Assembly (NCBI RefSeq): GCF_000007185.1
Contig: NC_003551.1
Span: 750,001 to 782,000, forward strand
Reading direction: 5' to 3'
Length of the DNA stretch: 32,000 nt
Source: Methanopyrus kandleri AV19
Lineage (GTDB): Archaea; JAADCQ01; Methanopyri; Methanopyrales; Methanopyraceae
The translations under genes and the position numbers were made by a program. The notes beneath the pieces were generated by a model, which saw nothing but the letters and a program-made list of their open reading frames with translations, did no database searches and was not told the DNA's origin. Positions 1 through 9,056 of the stretch are shown one piece after another. How positions within the stretch are numbered: the stretch's first letter is position 1; every line of letters starts with the position of its first letter.

Positions 1-1
1 C

Positions 2-166
2 TTCATGCCACTGCCCGGAACACCGCTGGAGAACGAGGAGCCAGCACCGCTCTCGTCCAAGATCCGGCGTATACTCGGACGGTGGACTCAAGAAGGTAAG
101 GCGGAAGGCGCGTGGGGACACCAGATGAGGCTCTCCAAGACCGCGATGAAAGTCCTGAGCGGGTAA
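2..166 (+). CDS. C-terminal fragment of a protein truncated by the window edge, possibly radical SAM family (reads ...FMPLPGTPLENEEPAPLSSKIRRILGRWTQEGKAEGAWGHQMRLSKTAMKVLSG*)
   Basis: Open frame from the window edge to TAA 164-166, which overlaps ATG 166-168 of the next CDS (TAATG). The PLPGTPL..G.A.G.W..Q pattern resembles the C-terminus of some radical SAM proteins. Confidence 0.5.
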   Translation, partial: FMPLPGTPLENEEPAPLSSKIRRILGRWTQEGKAEGAWGHQMRLSKTAMKVLSG

Positions 167-972
167 TGGAATTGGAGGTCCTCGTGCTAAGCCCGGCCGC
201 ATTGTACAGACGTACTGTGAAAGCACTTCGAGATCTGACCGGCTTCGCCCGGGAGGTGGTGGGACTCGAGGAGTTCGGTGTAGGTATAGTAGAAAACCCG
301 CGTGAATACGTTCGGTGGTTAGCCAAACGAGTTGATGAGGGGACGGCTGAGGACGCTCTTCTCACGCTGGTCGGAGGGTCGGGAGCGCTCGTCGTACGCG
401 TTGGCGGTGATACGTATCACGTGCTGATAGGTCCCGCTTACCGGTCTGAGGAATCCGTGAAAGCCGCACTGGCGCACGAGCTGGCCCACCTACTGCAGCA
501 TCGATTGAAGCTGTTCCCCAAGGATGTACCCAGACCGGCAGGAGCTGTCAGGTCCGTGCTGCTACCACTCGAAGTGGGTGCCGAAGAGCTCGTGCTCAGA
601 GAGCTCCCGGAAATAGGTGAGGTGAGGATCAGGATGGCCCAGGAGGAGGCGCGGGAGTGGCGTCGGACGGGCGACCCGATACTGGACCTCGAGAACGCGC
701 TCGTCGCCGTCCCGATAAGGCTAGCCGCTCGACGTCTCGGACTCGACACCTCCGTGCAGGAACCCTCGATCGAGGATCCGGAGCTGAGGGAGGTGAAAGA
801 AGAGCTGGTGAAACTGGCCCGAGGTGTCGACCCGTGGGACCAGTCGGACGTGGAACGTTATACCCGCAAGTCCGTGTCGATACTCCTGGATTGGCTGCTG
901 GATCAGGATCGGCACCACTCGACGAGCGACTCGAACAACCGTAAACCGTCATCGGAGTTCAGGAGACGGTGA
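166..972 (+). CDS. Uncharacterised zincin-like protein with HExxH motif (ALAHELAHLLQH)
   Basis: Long ORF (track start 112, GTG). ATG 166 is preferred because it overlaps the upstream TAA. HELAH motif in the middle of the protein. Confidence 0.7.
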   Translation: MELEVLVLSPAALYRRTVKALRDLTGFAREVVGLEEFGVGIVENPREYVRWLAKRVDEGTAEDALLTLVGGSGALVVRVGGDTYHVLIGPAYRSEESVKAALAHELAHLLQHRLKLFPKDVPRPAGAVRSVLLPLEVGAEELVLRELPEIGEVRIRMAQEEAREWRRTGDPILDLENALVAVPIRLAARRLGLDTSVQEPSIEDPELREVKEELVKLARGVDPWDQSDVERYTRKSVSILLDWLLDQDRHHSTSDSNNRKPSSEFRRR

Positions 973-1583
973 GCCGCGCGCTCAGGGTGAGGCATCATTC
1001 CGAGGACGTTCCCATCGTCGTTCACAACTCCCGTAATACCGCCGACGGAGCCGTTGAGGTTGTACTCCTCTGAGACGTCGCCGTCGGGTCCGCAGAACCT
1101 GAACACCACGTTGTCCTCGATCTCCTCCGGGTTTTCGTAGTAGTACCGTCCCTCCGCGTGGGCGATCGGAACTCGAATGACTTCGTCCTCCTGGTACTTG
1201 GTCGTGAACGGGGTGTCAGTACGTTCCACGCGTAAGTAGACCCAATCGCAGATGAACCTGTTCCCGACGTTGACCGTGAGAGTACCCGGGATGAGCTCCG
1301 CTTCGGCTAGTATCTGCATTCCGTTACACACTCCCAGCACGGGGCGCCCGTCCTCTGCACACTCTCGAATCTCCTCCAAAATCGGGGATAGCGCGGCGAT
1401 GGCGCCCGCCCGGATGTAATCCCCGTAAGTGAATCCGCCCGGGATGATCACGGCGTCGAAGTCGTCTAACCCACCATCTTCGTGCCAGACGAACTCCGGA
1501 TCTCCACCAGCGAGCTTCACGGCCCATGCCATCTCGAGGTCGCAGTTCGTGCCGGGAAACCTGATGACAGCCACACGGACCAA
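903..1583 (-). CDS. purQ: Phosphoribosylformylglycinamidine synthase subunit PurQ (class I glutamine amidotransferase)
   Basis: VAVIRFPGTNCDLEMA, PVLGVCNGMQIL (nucleophile Cys), MMPHPERA; next to purS and purC. Confidence 0.96.
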   Translation of the reverse strand: MVRVAVIRFPGTNCDLEMAWAVKLAGGDPEFVWHEDGGLDDFDAVIIPGGFTYGDYIRAGAIAALSPILEEIRECAEDGRPVLGVCNGMQILAEAELIPGTLTVNVGNRFICDWVYLRVERTDTPFTTKYQEDEVIRVPIAHAEGRYYYENPEEIEDNVVFRFCGPDGDVSEEYNLNGSVGGITGVVNDDGNVLGMMPHPERAAHRLLNSDDGLRLFESLVEWCRS

Positions 1584-1652
1584 ACTCAGGCCCCCGATGA
1601 TGACCTACCCCGGGACCGAGGTGATGGGGAGTCCCAAGTACGCCGAGGGGGT

Positions 1653-1907
1653 TCACTCGACGACCTCGATCTCGTAGTCTTCGACGACTGGATTTGCAAG
1701 AAGTCTCCGACACATCTCATCGACGAGCTCTACGGCCTCTTCTTCGTCGTTGATGTCGAGCTCGATCCTGTAGATCTTGGCCGTCCGAACGTCTTCCACC
1801 TCCTCGTATCCCAGTCGGTGTAACGCCCTCTTCACAGTCTCACCTTCGGGGTCCAATGCCTTCGGTTTCAAGCTCACGCGAACCTCGACGGTGACCAACT
1901 GTGTCAC
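1653..1907 (-). CDS. purS: Phosphoribosylformylglycinamidine synthase subunit PurS
   Basis: 84 aa, VEVRVSLKPKALDPEGETVKRALHRLGYEEVEDVR; GTGA overlap with purC. Confidence 0.95.
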   Translation of the reverse strand: MTQLVTVEVRVSLKPKALDPEGETVKRALHRLGYEEVEDVRTAKIYRIELDINDEEEAVELVDEMCRRLLANPVVEDYEIEVVE

Positions 1908-2647
1908 CCCGGTAGCATGGCCAGCTTCTCCTCATCACCTCGCAGGATTCTCTCGGCGGCTTCCCTGTAACCCGCCAGAACGTCTCCTTCGTCTTTTCTG
2001 AAGATGTCCTTGTCCAGGCTCTCTTCGGTCTCCGCGTCCCAGAACCGGCACGTGTCGGGGCTGATCTCGTCTCCCACTACGACTTCTCCGTCCGGGTTCA
2101 CTCCGAACTCGAGCTTGAAGTCCACCAGGATGATGTCGCAATCCTTCAGGAACTCGGAGAGCACTTCGTTCACCTGCAGGGTCAGCTCCCGCATGCGTTC
2201 TACTTCTTCTTCCGTAGCCAAACCTAGCGCTCGGATGTGGTCCATATTCACCATCGGGTCTCCGTATTCGTCGCTCTTGTAGTCGAATTCGACGATCGGT
2301 GGATCCAGCTTCTCACCCTCCTCGAATGGTAGTCGCTCCACCAAACTGCCCGTCGCCATGTTGCGACAGATGACCTCCAAATTAAACATGTCTAAGCGCT
2401 CCACTACCATGCGACGCTCGTCGGCGAGTTCCACGTAGTGGGTGGGTATTCCGGCGTCTTCGAGTACTTCGAACAATCGCGCCGAAATCAGGCAGTTGTA
2501 AACTCCCTTGCCTTCGACGGTATCCATTTTCTCCATGTTAAACGCCGTGATGTCGTCTCGGAATTCCATCACGAGCAGGTTCTCATCCTCCGGATGTTCG
2601 TAGAGACTCTTCGCCTTGCCCTCGTAGACGAGTCTACCGCGCTCCAT
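1904..2647 (-). CDS. purC: Phosphoribosylaminoimidazole-succinocarboxamide synthase (SAICAR synthetase)
   Basis: LVYEGKAKSLYEHPEDENLLVMEFRDDITAFN, DIILVDFKLEFGVNPDGEVVVGDEISPDTCRFWD. Confidence 0.97.
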   Translation of the reverse strand: MERGRLVYEGKAKSLYEHPEDENLLVMEFRDDITAFNMEKMDTVEGKGVYNCLISARLFEVLEDAGIPTHYVELADERRMVVERLDMFNLEVICRNMATGSLVERLPFEEGEKLDPPIVEFDYKSDEYGDPMVNMDHIRALGLATEEEVERMRELTLQVNEVLSEFLKDCDIILVDFKLEFGVNPDGEVVVGDEISPDTCRFWDAETEESLDKDIFRKDEGDVLAGYREAAERILRGDEEKLAMLPG

Positions 2648-2679
2648 AGCGGTGCCCGCTCCCTTAGCCGGCCGAACCT

Positions 2680-2690
2680 GTATATAAACA
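2680..2690. promoter_or_regulatory. TATA-like element (gtatataaaca) shared by divergent purC (-) and FIST-domain gene (+)
   Basis: AT-rich near-palindromic box in the 79-bp divergent intergenic region, about 35-45 bp from both start codons. Confidence 0.6.
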
Positions 2691-2726
2691 CTAAACGCGT
2701 CAACAAACGGAGTGGAAAGTTAACTT

Positions 2727-3977
2727 ATGCCGTTCTTGCTGGAGGGGGCACGTCAGTTGAAGACTATAGAGGTCGGTGTGGCTTACGGGAAGGATCCGCA
2801 CGCGGTCGTGGAGGACGCGATAGATCAGCTAACGGAGGATCCCAACTTAGGGCTGGTATTCTTCTCACCCAAGCACATCGAGGAAATCGAGAGTGCCGTG
2901 GGCAGCCTCCCAGAAGGATGCAAGGTGATAGGGTGTTCGACGGCCGGTGAGCTCACTCCGGATGGGTACACCTATGGCACAGTTATCGTGGCGTTAATCT
3001 CCAGCCCGTACCTCGCCGTGGAAACGCACCGCATTACCTTCGAGCGTGAAGACCCGAAGCACGCTAGGGAGATAGGCCGCAACCTCGTGCTCGGAGCGAT
3101 GGAGAAGCTACGTAACCCGGGCCCCTGTCTCGACATCAACTTCAACGCCATGCTCACGAGTCTCAGTGAGGGAAGACCCATCAGGGCGCTTCCCTACTTC
3201 ATAATCGAGCTCGTCGAGGGCCTGGTTCCCGCCATTGATTACTACATGGACGGTATCAACGAGGTGGTCCAGAAGTACAAGTTCCTCGAGGTGTACGGTG
3301 GGGCGGCCGGTGACGACCTACGTCTCGAGCGTACGTACGTGCTCGAGGGGCGTACCTTGTGTCCTGAAGGGTCGGCCGTGGTAGCGTTCGGCTCTACGGC
3401 TCTCAAGATCGGCGGGGCCCTAGAGTGCGGATTCGAGCCGGTGTATGAGGATAGGTTCCCGGTCACCAAGGCCGTACCCGAGGAGCGACGGATCGTGGAG
3501 TTCGACGGCGAACCGGCCGCCGATTATTACGCCGATGTGGTGGGGAAACCCGTCGAGGAACTCGATGACTCCGTGTTCATGTGGAACCCGCTTGGATGGG
3601 AGATCTTCGGCCGGGAGATCATCGTGCGCGAGCCGGCGTTCGTGGAAGACGACGGGTCGATGATCTTCCATTCGAGGTCACCGGCGGCGGGAGCGTTGAT
3701 CCGGCTTGAACCGACTGAGGAGAACATGCGTGAAACCGCGCGGCGTGTCACGGAGCGGGCGATGAGGAGGGCGGACATCCGAGATCCCGAGGAGATCGCG
3801 CTGGTGCTCGTGTTCGACTGTGCTCACCGGGACTGTGACGCCCAATACGATGCCATTCGGGAAGTGGTGGGCGACGATGTGCCGATCGTTGGGTTCAAAA
3901 CCTACGGAGAGCACGGGCAGCTTGAGTCGGGCCCCGTCGGTCACTTCAACCAGACCATCGAGGTCGTCGATCGGTAG
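2727..3977 (+). CDS. FIST N- and C-domain protein (putative small-ligand sensory module)
   Basis: VIGCSTAGELTPDGYTYGTVIVALIS, FLEVYGGAAGDDLRLERTYV, VLVFDCAHRDCD...VPIVGFKTYGEHG. Confidence 0.8.
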   Translation: MPFLLEGARQLKTIEVGVAYGKDPHAVVEDAIDQLTEDPNLGLVFFSPKHIEEIESAVGSLPEGCKVIGCSTAGELTPDGYTYGTVIVALISSPYLAVETHRITFEREDPKHAREIGRNLVLGAMEKLRNPGPCLDINFNAMLTSLSEGRPIRALPYFIIELVEGLVPAIDYYMDGINEVVQKYKFLEVYGGAAGDDLRLERTYVLEGRTLCPEGSAVVAFGSTALKIGGALECGFEPVYEDRFPVTKAVPEERRIVEFDGEPAADYYADVVGKPVEELDDSVFMWNPLGWEIFGREIIVREPAFVEDDGSMIFHSRSPAAGALIRLEPTEENMRETARRVTERAMRRADIRDPEEIALVLVFDCAHRDCDAQYDAIREVVGDDVPIVGFKTYGEHGQLESGPVGHFNQTIEVVDR

Positions 3978-4064
3978 AATCCCGGTCTCTCGCTGACTTC
4001 CACCTCCGTCGTCATCGTTTCGCGTGAGATAACGAAGGGGGTCTCCGAGATCCGAGTAGGGCTC

Positions 4065-5180
4065 GTGATCCACGGTCCTACGGTGATCGACACGGGTTGG
4101 GCCGAGCGTATCCTTCGCTCCCTGAAAAGGCTGGGCGAGGTCCGTGCTAAGCTCGGAGGCACCACCGGTTACGTGGCGCTCTTAGACGCGGGACTAGACT
4201 CCGTGGTGGAGTTCGACCGGAAGCTACCGAGCGAGTGCTTGTCCGAGCTGAACGAGTGGGCCGACGTTCTAGTCCTCACGAACCACGGTAAAAGCCGAGA
4301 AAGCGGTCTCGCTTTCGCGGAACAGGTACTCTCCAGGGCCGAAGGTGTCGACTCGCTAGTACAGGCAGAGCGCCCGGGCGAACCCGACGGTGGTATCGTC
4401 CTGTGGAACCCCGGCGACGCGGAGCGGACGGTGGCTGAGCACCTCCGGGAGGATTTGGGGTTGAAGATTACCGAGGTTCGGACTGTTCGGACCGAGAAAG
4501 GCGGCGGAATTGGGAAGTCCCGGAGGGTCGCCTGTGTCGAGCCGGGTGATCGCATTCTAGTGAACGGAATCACGGTAGGTGTCGCCGAATCCCGGAACGT
4601 GGAGCTGGTGTTCGATGACAGCGGGTACTTGGTGGAGATTCGCGGCGGCAGGATCAAGCCGGAAGGTGTAGAGCGCCTCGGCCGGGTGGATCCTGAGCGC
4701 GTGGTGGTGAAAACGGACCGCAGACTTAGGAGAACTGAGCCGGAGCGTAAGAGGGTGAAGAGTGGGCCCGAAAGGATCCATCGGGTTCTACTCGTCGACC
4801 ACGACGCGGAGCGTAAAGTCGAAGATATGCGTCGATCGGACGCTGTCGTCTCCGTCGGGGACGACACAACTTGCGTGTGCGCGGAGCTAGGTGATCGGCT
4901 GGGAGTTTGGGTGATAGGGCTCGTCGATCTCGATCCGGACGGATGGGTTCGTGACGATACGCGCGAGTCCCTGCGCAGCTCCGAGAACCTAGCGGCCCTA
5001 CTAGTGTGTGAGCGGGACGACGATGCCGGGAAATTGGTTCGAGGGCGGTTCTTTCGCGACCGAGAGATGAGGGTGCTCGATCCCCCCGTGACAGTTGGGG
5101 AGCTCGTCGAAGAGGTGAAAGAGTGCGTAAAGGAGGTTCTCAAGTGCGTGTACCACAAGGCGAAAGAGACCTCAGCGTGA
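4065..5180 (+). CDS. Conserved archaeal protein, DUF2117-like; the true start may lie upstream (see findings)
   Basis: 371-aa ORF starting (M/V)IHGPTVIDTGWAERIL; stop overlaps the GTG of the next gene. Confidence 0.7.
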   Translation: MIHGPTVIDTGWAERILRSLKRLGEVRAKLGGTTGYVALLDAGLDSVVEFDRKLPSECLSELNEWADVLVLTNHGKSRESGLAFAEQVLSRAEGVDSLVQAERPGEPDGGIVLWNPGDAERTVAEHLREDLGLKITEVRTVRTEKGGGIGKSRRVACVEPGDRILVNGITVGVAESRNVELVFDDSGYLVEIRGGRIKPEGVERLGRVDPERVVVKTDRRLRRTEPERKRVKSGPERIHRVLLVDHDAERKVEDMRRSDAVVSVGDDTTCVCAELGDRLGVWVIGLVDLDPDGWVRDDTRESLRSSENLAALLVCERDDDAGKLVRGRFFRDREMRVLDPPVTVGELVEEVKECVKEVLKCVYHKAKETSA

Positions 5181-6220
5181 GCTGGGTTCCTCACCACTCG
5201 GACCCGCGACTTCTCGTCATCGGTGGGGGTTCGGCTTTGAACCTCCGGGAACTCGCCCGCGAGCTCCGGTCCTTTGAGGGTGTTACCAGGAAGCATCCCG
5301 TGAAAACCGTGGTGGAGGGTCTTTTAGAGCCGCTCGATGTGACGTTCGAAGGAGAGGTCATCGCGGACGTGGGCGAGGATGCCGCGGCGGTAAAGGTGGG
5401 GGACGACATACTACTGATCGCGGCAGACGGCATCTGGGGCAAACTGATCGATCGGGACCCATGGTGGGCTGGGTACTGTGCGGTTCTCGTGAACGTGAAC
5501 GACGTGCTGGCGATGGGCGGCCGGCCAGTCGGCCTCGTTAACGTGCTTTCGACGTCCGACGTCGATGTGTGTCGTGAAATCCTCGAAGGAATGCGTGAGG
5601 GCGCGTGGAAGTTTTCCACGCCGGTCCTCGGAGGACACACACATCCGGACACTCCTTACACCGCAGTAGATGCGGCGATAGTGGGGGTCACCGACGAAGA
5701 GCATCTCGTGCTCAGTTCTACTGCTGAGGAGGGGGACTTGATAGTCTTCGTCATCGACCTCAACGGTCGACCTTATCCGGAGTATCCTCTTAACTGGGAT
5801 ACAACAACGATGAAGGATCCTGACTACCTCAGGAGGCAAATGGAAGCCGTAGTGGAAGCTTCTAAGCTCGTGAAAGCTGGTAAAGATGTGAGTAACCCGG
5901 GCCTCGTCGGAACTCTCGCCATGATGCTCGAAGCCAGTGGTTGTCTCGGTGCTGAGGTGTGGTTAGACAGCATCCCAAAGCCTGAAGACGTAGACATGGT
6001 CACGTGGCTGAAAATGTATCCTGGAATGGGTTTCGTGTACGCGGTGGACAGTGAGCGCGATGTCCGTGCGATCAGGCGCGTGTTGTCCGATGCCAGGCTG
6101 GAAGTGTCGGTGATCGGCGAGGTGACGGAGGACGGTGTTGTTAAGGTGTCCGAAGGTGACGAAAGTGCTCGAGTGTTCGACTTTCGAGAGGACAGAATCC
6201 TCGGGGTGTCTCCACGTTGA
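5177..6220 (+). CDS. Methanogenesis marker protein 2 (AIR synthase/PurM-SelD-like)
   Basis: GEDAAAVKVGDDILLIAADGIWGKLI, NVNDVLAMGGRPVGLVNVLS, VSNPGLVGTLAMMLEASGCLGAEV. Start revised from 5123 to GTG 5177 (GTGA overlap). Confidence 0.85.
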   Translation: MSWVPHHSDPRLLVIGGGSALNLRELARELRSFEGVTRKHPVKTVVEGLLEPLDVTFEGEVIADVGEDAAAVKVGDDILLIAADGIWGKLIDRDPWWAGYCAVLVNVNDVLAMGGRPVGLVNVLSTSDVDVCREILEGMREGAWKFSTPVLGGHTHPDTPYTAVDAAIVGVTDEEHLVLSSTAEEGDLIVFVIDLNGRPYPEYPLNWDTTTMKDPDYLRRQMEAVVEASKLVKAGKDVSNPGLVGTLAMMLEASGCLGAEVWLDSIPKPEDVDMVTWLKMYPGMGFVYAVDSERDVRAIRRVLSDARLEVSVIGEVTEDGVVKVSEGDESARVFDFREDRILGVSPR

Positions 6221-7752
6221 GAGTATACGTCGACGGGGAGCCTGTTGACGTACCCGAGGAGGCGACTGTTCGCGATGCGCTCGAGGCAGCGGGAGTCAGT
6301 GTGCCCGAAGACGTCACGATCGCCGTATTCAAAGGTGAACAGAAGGTCGAGCGCGAGACCGATAGGCTTCGGATAATGCTCGAGACAGGCGACGAAGAAC
6401 TTTCGCTAACGGTGGCCGTCGAAGACGAGCGAATGAGTGAGGTTTGTGAGGAATTGCCCGGAGCCTCCGTCTCCTGGACGACCCGTGACGAGGTGGGATT
6501 GGGTCCGGTGGACGTTTCTGATCTCGAGTTCCACACACGTCGGGGTGTCGAAGTCCCTCCGTACACGGCGATCCTGATCCTGCCCACCAACGATCCCTCC
6601 GAGGCCTACTTCCTGATCACCAAGCGCCGGATGGCCGTCGAGTACATCTGTACCGACATTCATGGCCGTGTAACGGCTGGTCGGGAGCTGGTCGACGAGC
6701 TCCGTGGTGGAGAGCGCGTGACACACGTGGAGCCCGTGGTTGAGCGCGCCACCGAACGTGTCGTCTCAAGGGTCACCCTTGACGACGGACTCGAGGCCGG
6801 TGACCGGATCATTACCAGGGTGGAGATAGAACTCGAGAAGAACGCGCCGGTCAGTGCCGAGCACCTGCTCAACACGCTGGAGATGGAAGAGGGTCGGTTG
6901 CGGATTAAGTTCAGGACGGACACGTTCACATCGATCGAGCCACGTCCGTTCTACGATTTGCCCGAGGAGAACGTCGACATGCGTGAACGTGGCGTCGTGA
7001 CCGTACGCAATCGAGGCGTCGACGAAGGCGTCGTATACGTGTACCGCCGTGACCGGACTCCCGTCGAGAGCCACAACGTCGTAGGTAGGGTTCGCCGGGG
7101 GATGGAGCTCCTCGACGTGGTGGCCGAGGGCGATCGAGTCCTGGTGGAAACCGATCCTCCCCGGGTGAACTTCGTCGGGCTGACCGTCGACGAAGCCAGG
7201 GAGCTGGCGGAAGAGTTCGACGTCGAGCTCGAAGTGAACGGTGATGGCGACGTTGTGGTCGATCAGGAGCCTAGGGAGACTCTGAACGTACTCAAGGAGA
7301 GGAAAGTCCGGGTCGAAGTAGTTCCTGAGGACGAAGTTATCGAAATAGAGCTCTACGAGGACGACGCTCCGCGCTCCGTCGAGTACTTCAGGCGAGTCAC
7401 GAAGATGTTGGACAGACCGGTAGGCCGTCTCAAAGTTCACTTCGCTTACGCAGACTTGGGAATGATCGTGTTCGAAGGGAACGAGAAGCTCGGAAAGAAG
7501 CTTCCACCCGAGAACAACCCGAAGGATCGAGTTGAGGCCGGTGTCCTGGGGGTCACGAATCAAGCCAAACCTCACGCGGGTCTCATCGGAGTTCGGCTCG
7601 AGGACAGCGAGGAATACGGTCCTACGGGCGAGACCTTCGAAGGTACGAACGTCATCGGCCGCGTTGTGGAAGGACTCGGCCGCCTCCGCGAGATGGACCA
7701 GTCCGACATGGGTCGTACCGTCTACGTTCGGGAGGTGAGGGGCGAGCGATGA
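6217..7752 (+). CDS. Methanogenesis marker protein 3 (UPF0288 family), with ThiS/ubiquitin-like N-terminus and cyclophilin-like C-terminus
   Basis: Starts LRVYVDGEPVDVPEEATVRDALEAAGV; C-terminus IEIELYEDDAPRSVEYFRRVTKML...GPTGETFEGTNVIGRVVEGLGRLREM; TTG start with TTGA overlap. Confidence 0.85.
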   Translation: MRVYVDGEPVDVPEEATVRDALEAAGVSVPEDVTIAVFKGEQKVERETDRLRIMLETGDEELSLTVAVEDERMSEVCEELPGASVSWTTRDEVGLGPVDVSDLEFHTRRGVEVPPYTAILILPTNDPSEAYFLITKRRMAVEYICTDIHGRVTAGRELVDELRGGERVTHVEPVVERATERVVSRVTLDDGLEAGDRIITRVEIELEKNAPVSAEHLLNTLEMEEGRLRIKFRTDTFTSIEPRPFYDLPEENVDMRERGVVTVRNRGVDEGVVYVYRRDRTPVESHNVVGRVRRGMELLDVVAEGDRVLVETDPPRVNFVGLTVDEARELAEEFDVELEVNGDGDVVVDQEPRETLNVLKERKVRVEVVPEDEVIEIELYEDDAPRSVEYFRRVTKMLDRPVGRLKVHFAYADLGMIVFEGNEKLGKKLPPENNPKDRVEAGVLGVTNQAKPHAGLIGVRLEDSEEYGPTGETFEGTNVIGRVVEGLGRLREMDQSDMGRTVYVREVRGER

Positions 7753-9056
7753 AGGTCCTGGTCATCTCCCCAGAGTATTACACCTACGGAGCCATAGTAG
7801 TCGCGGGAGTTTGCGAGGAACACGGTCATAGCACTATCCTCCGACGTTCACCCGATCCGGAGGCCCTCAAGCGGGCGGACGTGCTGATACTATCCCTCCA
7901 CACCACCCTACACCTCCTCGATGAGGATATCCTCGAGATAGCTCGCCAGGCCCACGAGTTCGGTAAACCTGTGATCGTCGGCGGACCAGTTTCTCAAGTT
8001 CCGGAGCTCGTTTTAGAGAGGTTTCCCAACGCGATCGTGGCTAAAGGTGAGGCGGAGACGGGGCTTCCTCCGCTCCTCCAGACCTTGGAGGACGAAGGAG
8101 ACTTCGAAGACGTCGAGGGAATCGCGCTCCTGAGGGACGGTGAAATCGTCGACACCGGCTGGCCTCCACCCGCCGATCTAGATGGACCCAGCCCACTCAA
8201 GGTTCCGCGCGACCTCGGTCGGCAAGACGTCCGCGGAGCGAACGTGTACATAGAGACGCATCGCGGCTGCCCGGGTGCGTGTACCTTCTGCCAGGTTCCG
8301 GAGTTCTTCGGACGCCGTGTCCGCTGGAAGCCCGTAGAGGCGGTTCTCGAGGAAGTCAGGGAGCTTACGCGAGGTGGTGCCCGTCGCTTCGCGATCTCCG
8401 GGGGGACCGTCACGACCTACGGCGACGACGAGGAAGATTTCGTCGAGCTCCTCAAACGCCTCGCGGACCTCCTCGGTCGCGAGAACGTTTCCGCTCCCGA
8501 CGTTCGTGCCGATCTCCTGAACGAGCGCCTCCTCGAGGCTATCCGCGATTACACGATCGGTTGGATCTTCCTCGGGATCGAGAGCGGTAGTGATAGGATC
8601 CTCCGTGCCATGCGCAAGGGCATCACCGTCGACGACGTCTGCGAAGCCGTCGAACTGGCCCGGACAGTCGGCGTCCGTGTCGCCGGCTCGTTCATCGTCG
8701 GTTATCCGGGCGAGACCGAGGACGATCTTGAAGCTACCGAGGAGTTACTCACCGAGCTGAACCTCGACGACGTGTTCATCAACCTCGCCGAGCCCATCCC
8801 CGGTACCGAGCTCGGCCGCCTCGTTACCGAGCTTCCCGAGGAGGAGATTCCCGTCCTCCGGCCGGGCGAGCAGCTCGAGACCGAGGCTGGCGACCGCGCC
8901 CTCCAGCTTCAGCTCACAGCCTTCACGACCCTTAGTCGCCCAGTTCCTCTCACGGACGACGTGTTTCACGAGGCCCTCCACAACATTCGCGAGGACGAGC
9001 GCAAGGTTCTCCGGATAACCCGGTTCCTACGCGGTGCCCAGGGGTGTACCGGATGA
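7749..9056 (+). CDS. B12-binding-domain-type radical SAM protein
   Basis: N-terminal Rossmann-like VLVISPEYYTYGAIVVAGVCEEHGH, then CPGACTFC (CxxxCxxC), SGGTVTTYG, GIESGSDRILRAMRKG, GSFIVGYPGETEDDL. Confidence 0.88.
   Translation: MKVLVISPEYYTYGAIVVAGVCEEHGHSTILRRSPDPEALKRADVLILSLHTTLHLLDEDILEIARQAHEFGKPVIVGGPVSQVPELVLERFPNAIVAKGEAETGLPPLLQTLEDEGDFEDVEGIALLRDGEIVDTGWPPPADLDGPSPLKVPRDLGRQDVRGANVYIETHRGCPGACTFCQVPEFFGRRVRWKPVEAVLEEVRELTRGGARRFAISGGTVTTYGDDEEDFVELLKRLADLLGRENVSAPDVRADLLNERLLEAIRDYTIGWIFLGIESGSDRILRAMRKGITVDDVCEAVELARTVGVRVAGSFIVGYPGETEDDLEATEELLTELNLDDVFINLAEPIPGTELGRLVTELPEEEIPVLRPGEQLETEAGDRALQLQLTAFTTLSRPVPLTDDVFHEALHNIREDERKVLRITRFLRGAQGCTG

Noticed and set aside
4169-5296. 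375-aa ORF on the - strand
   Set aside because: Fully antisense to the DUF2117-like gene; Ser/Thr/Arg-rich composition is typical of shadow ORFs in high-GC DNA.
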